A model generated the notes under the pieces. The model was not told where the DNA came from, did no database searches, and worked only from the letters and a program-made list of their open reading frames with translations. 64,000 nucleotides of DNA from Dicyema japonicum (taxonomy: Eukaryota > Animalia > Dicyemida). Where the stretch lies: NCBI GenBank assembly GCA_011109175.1, contig RDEW01000027.1, positions 858,511 through 922,510 on the forward strand. The letters are read 5' to 3'. A program made the position numbers and the translations under genes. Numbering within the stretch: the stretch's first letter is position 1; the number at the start of each line of letters is the position of its first letter. Shown one piece after another: positions 37,306-48,700 of the stretch.

Positions 37306-40300
37306 TTTTTTGGTTGAGGTGGTGACGTCCCTCTACTTGCACTATGTCTTCTTCGTATTGCTTACCAGTTTCTCCCCTCACTCTTGGATCCCTCAACTGC
37401 CGAGGCCTCAATCAGTGCTACAAGAAACAACAATTGGCGCGTGATCTGAGTAAATACAACATCTCTGTCTGTTGTTTGCAAGAGACGAAAATAACCGAAC
37501 AATCTGCAGAACTGTTTCAGAATTTTTACCTTTTGACCCTCACACCAGACTGCAGGCACTATGGGCTCGGATTTGCTGTTCATCGGCACTTGTTTCACTG
37601 TGTCTCAAGAGTATGGGCAGTATCTGACCGTGTCGCGGTGTTACAAATCAAATGCGGAAACAAACTCAACTCAGTGATCTCCATCATAAATGTATATGCC
37701 CCAACCGGAGCACGTGTATCAACGAATATCGAAGAACTGGATACGTTTTACTCTACTCTCACAAGTGTGTACAACTCACTTTCATCCTCTTACTTTCTTT
37801 TTATCGCCGGGGACTGGAACGCCAGGGCCGGAAAAGCAAGACCTGGTGAAACGTGTATTGGATCCCACGGTAGAAACCGCCGTAACATCCCCGGAGAGGC
37901 ATTAATACAATTTTGCACGGCATTCAACCTACTCATATGCAACACTTGTTTCAAGCACCCGGCAAGACACAGGACCACGTGGGTTGGTACCAGAAAAGGC
38001 AAATCTGGAAACACAGTCAATATATACAATCAGATCGACTATATTATCTGCAAGCAACATCAGAAGGCCCTCCTACAGGACTCGAGATCTTACGGTGGAC
38101 TTGAAACAAGTAGCGATCATAAACTTGTGGTCGCCCGGCTAGTACTTAAAAGAATCCATGGAATACACGGGAAACACAAAGGCCTTACCTCAGTACGTTT
38201 CGACACTGAGAGGTTACGCTACGAAGAATCCACCAAATGTCGTTATAGTGCAGTTCTGAGAGATAGCATCAACAGTATTAACCAAAATCAGCCGACAAAC
38301 AGCTTATGGGATGAAATAGTGGTTGCTATCCAAAACACAGCCTTTAGTGTGCTTGGTCACATCACCAAATCTCGTCACAAACAATGTAATCCGGATATCG
38401 GACAACTCTCTGTAACACAGAAAGAGCTCAGACTCCGGATGGAAAACACAAACGCTCCGGAAGATATCAAAGTACTGCGCACCCAGAGAGGGAGAGTCTT
38501 AACGAAGATCAAACAAATACAAAGATTCCTTGCCAAAAATGAAGCTGAGGAGAAAATCTCAGACATATTAAAGTACAAGAACGGACCAAGAATGTTCAAA
38601 GCAATCCGGCTTCTTAGCAGAGAAAACTGTCCAATTTCGTTAACTGTCCATGACAACCTTGGTCACGACGTTATCGGGACCATTAACAAAGCAAACGTTC
38701 TGGCATCCCATTTTGACCTTATGTTCAACAAACAGGACGCGGCTGACCAAGCAATGAAATCTCGGAAGTCTTACAAGTACACTCTAACTAGCCCTATTAC
38801 CATATCCGAAACTCAACAAGCTATTAAAAAATTAAATACCGGAAGATCTGCCGGACCAGACTTCATTACTGCAGAACTTTTACAATACGGCCCGGAGGAG
38901 CTAATTGAAATGATTACTAACATTTTCAACCGGTCTCTCGAGGGTGCAGATGAACTGGAACTGGGAAAAGGGTGGCTAATTCCACTACAAAAACCGGGAA
39001 AAAGTAAAGGCCCCCTCACAACTTCAGACCTATTATACTCCTAACCTCCATACGAAAAACATTATCCCTCATTGCTTTAAACCGAATAAAGGAGAGGGTG
39101 AACATATTTCTTTCGGACGGCCAAAGTGGATTCCGGACGGGCAGGTCCACGGCTGACGTGGTATGGGGGCACAGGTGGTATTGTGCCCTGTGCCAAAAAT
39201 ACAAAAAATCTATTGAGATACTTGGTATCGACATGTCCCGTGCGTTCGACTCGGTGGACCGTGGAAAACTTATGGAAGTGTTGGAGAGTTTTCTACTGCC
39301 TGACGATGTCAAAATAATACACTTACTCATGCGGAACACTCAACTTGCCGTCAAAATTGGTGACTCTACCTCTAACTTTTTTTCGACCTCACGTGGAGTT
39401 CCACAGGGGGACTCACTATCCCCGGTCCTCTTTATTGTCTACCTTGAGGCCGCACTAAGAGAGTTCAGACCCCTGGTTGGCAACAATTATAACGAGATAA
39501 TCTACGCGGACGACCTGGACTTTGTTTCTGAGGATATTCAAGTACTTCAACACATGCTTAACGTTCTTCCACACGTATTCTCGAAATGGTTCTTAACCGT
39601 TAACACCGATAAAACAGAGTTCACAACACTTACACGCAATGATCGAAGATCGGACGAGTCTTGGAGAAAGCAAAAGAAGGTGGGTTCGCTTCTCGGGGAC
39701 TCAGAAGATGTTTCTCGGAGGAAAATCCTCGCAATGTGTGCACTAAAGAAAGTATCGAATATGTGGGGTCATAAGAAGAGGATGGGATTAAACACCAAAC
39801 TCAGAATATATAAGGCTTTTGTCATCCCCGTCCTGACCTACAATTCAGGCACTTGGGGAATCTCTAAACAAGAGATGGACCGTCTTGACGCTTTCCACAG
39901 GACACAATTGAAATCAGTAATCAAGATCAAGTGGCCTAAGAAGATCTCAAACAATGACCTCTACTCGAAGTGCAAATCTGGTATACTATCCGAGGAGATC
40001 TTCAGATCAAGATGGAGTCTCTTTGGACATATCTTACGTCTAAATGCTCAAGTACCCGCGAATATCGCCATGGAAAACTACTTAATGCATACGGGAGCCG
40101 GTTTCCGTGGAAGACCAAGAGTCACACTCCCAACTATTTTGAATGGAGACCTGTCGGCTGTGGGACTGAAGCTCACTTCCGCAGACGACCTAGATACCTT
40201 AAGGGAACTGGCACGAAGTAGAGGGTCCTGGAAAAGGCTGATAGAGAGGATGGCTAGAAATACGGCACAAGGGAGGCTTGATTAATTTTATGACTTCTCG

Positions 40301-40333
40301 GGAGTGCTTTAAATAATAAATATAATAATAATA
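37306..40333 (+). mobile_element. Near-intact RTE-clade LINE: single APE-RT ORF 37344-40285 with one frameshift at ~39015
   Basis: APE (LNCRGL, CLQETK, INVYAPT, GDWNA, IDYI, SDH) and RT (QSGFR, IDMSRAFDSV, GVPQGDSLSP, YADD), RTE C-terminus (FGHILR, GRPR); (TAA)n tail; 14-bp TSD ATCTAAGGACAAAT at 37270-37283 and 40334-40347. Confidence 0.93.
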
Positions 40334-40345
40334 ATCTAAGGACAA

Positions 40346-41051
40346 ATGTCTGGCGATGAATTCGAAAGTTTTGAAACCAAAGTAGACGAAATCAGTAAAA
40401 AATAAAATAATTATAATCAGCAAGGTTGATTAAAGACATGAATTCACCAAACGAAGAAATTCAACTGAGAGCTCTAGAAGAAGCCGATAAATACTGCCAG
40501 CAAACTCAAGGTTAAACAAAATCAATTTTTTAGGCAAAACTACAAGATTTGACAGGAATATTTTTAACAAACCTAAAAAAGATGACGAATCACACCAAAG
40601 TAGTTCTCGGAGTAACTTTCAGACCAATTCTTGATGTCAATGGAGGAGGATGCCAAGCGGAGAAGTCTTGACCGTAAAAAACGTTACCAAAAGCCAACGT
40701 ATTGAAAGATAAAGGAGTGGAGGATTACAAGAGTGGAAACTATGAAAATTTTACTGAAGTTGTCTATTCTACAACTTTAGGCGTTGAAAATGACTAAAGA
40801 TTACGGTGAAGTTTATTTTTTTATGGAATGCGAGGACAGGTACTACTGATGATGGAAAGGTTCGAAGACGCATTGAAGGACTGCGAATCATGCTTAGAAG
40901 TTATCTTTAATATTATTTTAGTTAACCTGTGATAAAAAAGTCTGTGTAAGAAAGCTCAAGTGTCTTATAAAGTTGGGAAGAGACCGAGAAGCATATTCAT
41001 ACTTGGGAGAATGTATCAAACTATTTCCAAGCTATGAGGAACTGTTTAATA
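40346..41051 (+). pseudogene. TTC12: TTC12 (TPR protein, axonemal dynein assembly): 5' exons intact, 3' part interrupted by a LINE
   Basis: Five introns of 22-26 nt give MSGDEFESFETKVDEITRLIKDMNS...QFLMSMEEDAKRR...KANVLKDKG...GNYE...DALKDCE, matching the TTC12 N-terminus. No intact downstream frame could be rebuilt after 42090. Confidence 0.72.
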
Positions 41052-42090
41052 GTAATCACAGATGGCTTCAACATGAAGACGCACTTACGTCTATAGATAT
41101 ACAGAAAGCCTTCGACTCGGTTTCGAAGATTCTCCTAACAAAGAAGATCTTTAACTCAAATTTACATCCGAGCGTCATGCTATGGCTGGAAAATTTCTTA
41201 AATGGCCGACGTGGAAGAGTCCGGATTGGAAAAATTACTTCAAAATCAAGACTACTCCCTAATGGGGTCCCACAAAGCTACCCTCTGTCTCCTCTCTTAT
41301 TTAACTTATTTCTACACGATTTACCTAATGATCAGGACACCATGTTTTTATCTTATGCGGACGACATGATTATCGCTGCAAGGAACAAATCTGCTGCCAG
41401 AGCTGTGGCGGTGGTTCAGTCACACCTCAAACAGGTGTATGACTGGCTATCCAGAAATTTGCTGTCTGTGTCTGCATCCAAGTCTCAGTTCACGCTATTT
41501 ACTACGGACAGAAGATTTAAAGGTGGACTTGAGATATTCCTCGGAAACATTCCCATCCCTTATAAACGAATCCAGAAGATCCTTGGAGTAACTTTCGATA
41601 GAAGCCATCGTAAAGAAGAGCCCCTTCCTTCCTACTGCTTGGATCAGCAAAGTAAACCTTCAAGTTATTGCGCCGACGATTGAATATGCTTGTTCTGTCT
41701 GGAGATTCGCCATTCCTACTACGAGGGTGGAGCGTGTGAATTCTCTCAGACGGAAAATCATGAGGCAAATACAATCAGACTCCACATCCGTCCCCAGTCT
41801 GCTTTCAGAGGAGACGACAGTGAGAAATGGCCTGGGCTTCCTACGTATTTGAAATAAGCTAGGAAACCCATTCAGAGAGAGGGTGGTTCATGCAGAGGAA
41901 TTCAGATCGGCATTAAAAAAGTGCACTCAGATAGAATTCCTTTGCAGAAATAAAAGAAGACACCTCAGAAACGATGTTGGTTCACTGGCGAGCATTCGAA
42001 AAGAATTCGAGAGATGTTGGAGGCAGGGATCACTTAATTTAGCAAGTTAATTCCTTCTTTCTTGGGGTTTAAAATAAAATAAATAAATGA
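41050..42090 (+). mobile_element. 5'-truncated I/Ingi-like LINE (RT core to 3' tail)
   Basis: ITDGFN, IDIQKAFDSV, GVPQSYPLSPLLF, YADD, KILGVTFD, EYACSVW; 3' GGGATCACTTA...GGGGTTTAAAATAAAAT. Confidence 0.85.
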
Positions 42091-42765
42091 AATGTTTTCT
42101 GAAAAAAATTTTTTTTCTTAGTTTGAGTATTGACCTCGCAGCTCTGGACTGTGATATAATTTAACTCATTAATAAAAATGGCAAAGAACGGCGCCAGTTA
42201 TGACTGCTTGTGCTGTGCTTACCAAATATTGTAAGCTTGGAGTTAATAAATAAATAGTACGTTGGGGAGGATTTGAATTATTGAAAAAGCCAACGATATA
42301 CTGATTGAAATTAGAGAGATGTGTAGGTGTTGAGGACGAATAATGTATTATTTATTCATAAAAGGAAGATGCAAAAAGAACGAAAGACATCTCGTGCATC
42401 GTCCAGTTTATATCCATGTGTTTGGTGAGAAAGAAGAGCTTCGAATAAATCACATTTATTTATTTGATAAGCTCAGATATACCATAAGAAGTTTAGAGTT
42501 AGTTGACGTTTATTATATATAACTCCCACGGTGGATTCAGACTTTCCTACCACCATGTCCATCCATATCCGTCATTAGTAGAACCCTTTCACTGGAGTAG
42601 GAAAGAGATAGATCTTTGCTATCTGGTCTCCGAATAAATGAATTTTGAATTTTTGATTTTAATTTTAAATAAACTCATAATTTTTTTTATAATTTAACCT
42701 AATTTGAATTAACCAACTCATTAATCATTTTAGTATTATTTAAAACAACAAACAGTGAGGTAAGT

Positions 42766-45700
42766 TCACATGCAAGTTTTGCAATAGCAGGAAGCATATT
42801 TGGGGATTTTTACTCGCTTACTACTTTCACCACATTTCATGTCGAAAAATATAAGTGGATCGTTTTTATCAACTATACCTCCACAACACTTGCAGTCGTT
42901 CTGAAAGTGCACATTTGCGTTCCAAATTAAAATTTAAAATACTTTAAAATTCACTACTGTCCCAGAATCGCAGTTTCCCCCACAATATGAATATGTTACG
43001 TTGTTGGAGGAGCATTCGCTATTTCTAAAGACTTCAGTCGTAGTCTTGAGACCACAATTTATCTTCTAAAACTGGAAATCTTTGAATAACCTCTGGAAGC
43101 ACAGATCTCGATGTTTATATCAGTTATTTCGATTACATTATCTAAATATTGGTCCTTCTTCGTAAAGATGAAGGTTATTTGCTGAGCCAAAATTGGCTTC
43201 ATGAACAGTAGGGATGATTTCTGAGGATATCGAACAATCATAGTCTAAGCATTAGTCTCATGGATGACCTGATCGTGTTCAAGCCCGTCGGCAGATTCAA
43301 GAAGTACTTGAATGCTTGAAATAAACGTGTTTTTAGATTTTAGATCAAGGGATATGATTTCAAATTCTTGCTTGAACTTCACTGTGAAATTCGCGTTGTT
43401 TTCTCGGGCAAACCACCCTTCCTCAGAGAGAAGATCCATTGGTGATTCTTCACTGGATGTTACTTGGAAGTGATCTTTGTTTTCTTGTGTAAATATAGAA
43501 ACAGCATTGCAAGCTAAATTCTCAGATCAAAAATTACTTTCCGGGTATTTTATGGTGGTCTTCGGTATTTCTAACGATTACAACAAAATTTACCGTCGAC
43601 TTTATTTTTAAAGCATCCCCTGACCACAAACTTATTGACAGAAACAGAAGAGTCAGTGAATTTTAGGATGAGCGTGTCAGTCAAAAAAGTTGCATTTTCA
43701 GTTTCAATATGATCAAATTTGACCAAACCACTCAAAGTTAACAAATTAGTCTAATTCTGCTTAAAACTTACTACCTTGTAATATTTTTGTCCCATGTACT
43801 CATGTTCGATGTTTAACGAAACAAAGTTTTGGTTTGGGACAGTGAATTCGATTTCAGTGATAGTCGCTTCTAAATGTCTTGGGAATTCCAATTTTAAAAA
43901 TGGGTTGATGTCATGAAGACGAGGAATCCATTCCTTCAATCAATTTCATCAAAATTACAATTTCGTTGGAGAATATGTTGGAAGGATGTGAATCTACTTG
44001 GAAACTCGAAGCTGAAATTAGCACGTGTTCATAATTTTGAGAACTGGCAATTTCAGTTACTTTATTTAGACAGGCTAAACAAATAAAAAGAGCACTACCA
44101 GTAGGGGGATGTTTACAAGACACAGTGACGTTTAATGGTTTTTTGGTAGTGGTTGCTATAAATTAAAATGAACAATACAAATAGTGGAGACATTAGATAT
44201 CACGACGTCTAAAAATTAAAAAAAATAAAAACTATCGTCTGAACAGCCCACAATATCAACAGAAATAACTCTAAGGTTAGGACATGAGGAAATGTTGTAA
44301 AAATATCCACAGTTGAATTTAATGGATAAATATTGTACTACGAGAGGACCTGAAGAACCAAAATTCACGTGTAAATTATGTGAAGAAAAATCGAGTTGAT
44401 AAGTCTCAAATTAATAAAAATAATACGGAATGGTATTTTAACTCGTTGGAATAATTCCCCGTTTAAAATTTCGACGGAGATGACACCAGACAGCTGAATA
44501 TTTAAAGATAATATTTTTGGATTGAATAATTTAAATCGGAAAGTAAGAAACGGGTCCTCTGACTCAGTAGTCCAAAATCCGGAGTCAGTAAAAATGTTAG
44601 AGACAGGATGATCGAGGGTGGAAGGACTAGAATGAACCTCAATGAGTGATCTAGGAAATTCAGAAGGTGGAGAAGAACAATAATCTAGAGAAAATAAAAA
44701 TAATTACTAGGTAGAGAACGGGAGAAGTCAAAGCAGAAACTGTGGAAGATTTAAGCGTAGAAGATTTTTGAGTAGATGAAAACTTAGCTGTGGTCGGAGT
44801 AGAATATTCGAAAGTTGAAGGTTTGTTTTCAGCTTAAAAATTATTAGAATAAGAATTTACTTGTAATCGATGGCAAAGGAAACGTGGTTTTAATTCAGTA
44901 GATCGGGAAGGCAAAATCAATTCTGTAGAGTGAATTTTAGTAGTTTTAAATGTTGGTTCAGGCAACTGTTTAGATGTAGGTGATTGAGTAGAAGATTTTG
45001 TTTCAAAGGTAGTTAATTCTTATTTACCATTTAAAATGATATAGCTCACCTGTAATTGTAGGAATAATTTTTGTAGTAGCTTTCTCAGTTAAAATAGTTG
45101 GAATAAACTTTTCAGTTGTTACAGGTTCTGTTGTGAACATCTCTTCTGTAGTAAAGAATTCTGTAGTATAGAATTCCGTAGTAAAATCTGAAGTTGTCGT
45201 GATCTCTTCTAAACATAACGAACATTATATTCTTAACGAGTTATTGTAGGCATAATATTCGTTGTTTCCATTTCAGTAACATATGGCGGTATTATTTTTT
45301 GTGTTGTTTGTGATTCTGTAGTGTAAATTGGAATTTCTGTGGTAGAACCAAGAGTTTCTGTTGTAGTTATCTCTTCTAAACAATATGAACAATATATTCT
45401 TAACGCGTTATCGTAGGCATAATTTTCGTTGTTTCCTTTTCAGTAACAATTGGCGGTATTATTTTTTGTGTTGTTTGTGATTCTGTAGTGTGAGTTGGAA
45501 TTTCTGTGGTAGAACCAAGAGTTTCAGTTGTAGTTATCTCTTCTAAACAATATAAACAATATATTCTTAACTCGTTATTGTAGGCATGATTTTTGTTGTT
45601 TCCTTTTAGTAACAATTGACGGAATTATTTTTTGTGTTGTTTGTGATTCTGTAATGTAAATTGGAATTTCTGTGGTAGAACCAGAGTTTCAGTTGTAGTT

Positions 45701-48700
45701 ATCTCTTCTAAACATATGAACAATATATTCTTAACTAGTTATCGTAGGCATAATTTTCGTTGTTTCCTTTTCAGTAACAATTGGCGGAATTATTTTTTGT
45801 GTTGTTTGTGATTCTGTAGTGTGAGTTGGAATTTCTGTTGTAGAACCAAGAGTTTCAGTTGTAGTTATCTCTTCTAAACATTATGAACAATATATTCTTA
45901 ACTAGTTATCGTAGGCATAATTTTCGTTGTTTCCTTTTCAGTAACAATTGGCGGAATTATTTTTTGTGTTGTTGTGATTCTGTAATGTAAATTGGAATTT
46001 CTGTTGGTAGAACCAAGAGTTTCAGTTGTAGTTATCTCTTCTAAACAATATGAACAATATATTCTTAACTAGTTATCGTAGGCATAATTTTCGTTGTTTC
46101 CTTTTCAGTAACAATTGGCGGAATTATTTTTTGTGTTGATTGTGATTCTGTAGTGTGAGTTGGAATTTCTGTGGTAGAACCAAGAGTTTCTGTTGTAGTT
46201 ATCTCTTCTAAACAATATGAACAATATATTCTTAACTAGTTATCGTAGGCATAATTTTTGTTGTTTCCTTTTCAGTAACAATTGGCGAAATTATTTTTTG
46301 TGTTGATTGTGATTCTGTAGTGTGAGTTGGAATTTCTGTGGTAGAACCAAGAGTTTCTGTTGTAGTTATCTCTTCTAAACATATGAACAATATATTCTTA
46401 ACTAGTTATCGTAGGCATAATTTTTGTTTCCTTTTCAGTAACAATTGGCGGAATTATTTTTTGTGTTGATTGTGATTCTGTAGTGTGAGTTGGAATTTCT
46501 GTGGTAGAACCAAGAGTTTCTGTTGTAGTTATCTCTTCTAAACAATATGAACAATATATTCTTAACTCGTTATTGTAGGCATGATTTTCGTTGTTTCCTT
46601 TTCAGTAACAATTGGCGAATTATTTTTTGTGTTGTTTGTGATTCTGTAATGTAAATTGGAATTTCTGTGGTAGAACCAAGAGTTTCAGTTGTAGTTATCT
46701 CTTCTAAACATTATGAACAATATATTCTTAACTAGTTATCGTAGGCATAATTTTTGTTGTTTCCTTTTCAGTAACAATAGGCGGAATTATTTTTTGTGTT
46801 GATTGTGATTCTGTAGTGTGAGTTGGAATTTCTGTTGTAGAACCAAGAGTTTCAGTTGTAGTTATCTCTTCTAAACAATATGAACAATATATTCTTAACT
46901 CGTTATTGTAGGCATAATTTTCGTTGTTTCCTTTTCAGTAACAATTGGCGGAATTATTTTTTGTGTTGTTTGTGATTCTGTAGTGTGAGTTGGAATTTCT
47001 GTGGTAGAACCAAGAGTTTCTGTTGTAGTTATCTCTTCTAAACATTATGAACAATATATTCTTAACTAGTTATCGTTGGCATAATTTTGTTGTTTCCTTT
47101 TCAGTAACAATTGGCGGAATTATTTTTTGTGTTGATTGTGATTCTGTAGTGTGAGTTGGAATTTCTGTGGTAGAACCAAGAGTTTCTGTTGTAGTTATCT
47201 CTTCTAAACAATATGAACAATATATTCTTAACTCGTTATTGTAGGCATAATTTTCGTTGTTTCCTTTTCAGTAACAATTGGCGGAATTATTTTTTGTGTT
47301 GTTGTGATTCTGTAGTGTGAGTTGGAATTTCTGTGGTAGAACCAAGAGTTTCTGTTGTAGTTATCTCTTCTAAACATATGAACAATATATTCTTAACTAG
47401 TTATCGTAGGCATAATTTTTGTTGTTTCCTTTTCAGTAACAATTGGCGGAATTATTTTTTGTGTTGATTGTGATTCTGTAGTGTGAGTTGGAATTTCTGT
47501 GGTAGAACCAAGAGTTTCTGTTGTAGTTATCTCTTCTAAACAATATGAACAATATATTCTTAACTAGTTATCGTAGGCATAATTTTTGTTGTTTCCTTTT
47601 CAGTAACAATTGGCGGAATTATTTTTTGTGTTGTTTGTGATTCTGTAGTGTGAGTTGGAATTTCTGTGTAGAACCAAGAGTTTCTGTTGTAGTTATCTCT
47701 TCTAAACAATATGAACAATATATTCTTAACTCGTTATTGTAGGCATAATTTTCGTTGTTTCCTTTTCAGTAACAATTGGCGGAATTATTTTTTGTGTTGT
47801 TTGTGATTCTGTAGTGTGAGTTGGAATTTCTGTGGTAGAACCAAGAGTTTCTGTTGTAGTTATCTCTTCTAAACAATATGAACAATATATTCTTAACTCG
47901 TTATTGTAGGCATAATTTTCGTTGTTTCCTTTTCAGTAACAATTGGCGGAATTATTTTTTGTGTTGTTTGTGATTCTGTAGTGTGAGTTGGAATTTCTGT
48001 TGTAGAACCAAGAGTTTCAGTTGTAGTTATCTCTTCTAAACAATATGAACAATATATTCTTAACTCGTTATTGTAGGCATGATTTTCGTTGTTTCCTTTT
48101 CAGTAACAATTGGTGGAATTATTTTTTGTGTTGTTTGTGATTCTGTAGTGTGAGTTGGAATTTCTGTGTAGAACCAAGAGTTTCTGTTGTAGTTATCTCT
48201 TCTAAACATATGAACAATATATTCTTAACTCGTTATTGTAGGCATGGATTTTCGTAGTTTCCTTTTCAGTAACAATAGGTGGAATTATTTTTTGTGTTGT
48301 TTGTGATTCTGTAATGTAAATTGGAATTTCTGTTGTAGAACCAAGAGTTTCAGTTGTAGTTATCTCTTCTAAACAATATAAACAATATATTCTTAACTCG
48401 TTATTGTAGGCATGATTTTCGTTGTTTCCTTTTCAGTAACAATTGGATGAATTATTTTTTGTGTTGTTTGTGATTCTGTAGTGTGAGTTGGAATTTCTGT
48501 GGTAGAACCAAGAGTTTCAGTTGTAGTTATCTCTTCTAAACAATATAAACAATATATTCTTAACTCGTTATTGTAGGCATAATTTTTGTAGTTTCCTTTT
48601 CAGTAACAATTGGCGGAATTATTTTTCGTGTTGTTTGTGATTCTGTAATGTAAATTGGAATTTCTGTTGTAGAACCAAGAGTTTCAGTTGTAGTTATCTC

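Noticed and set aside
39005-39045. Programmed ribosomal frameshift in the RTE ORF
   Set aside because: No slippery heptamer. RTEs normally have one ORF, and a single lost base beside a C-run explains it (mutation or sequencing error).
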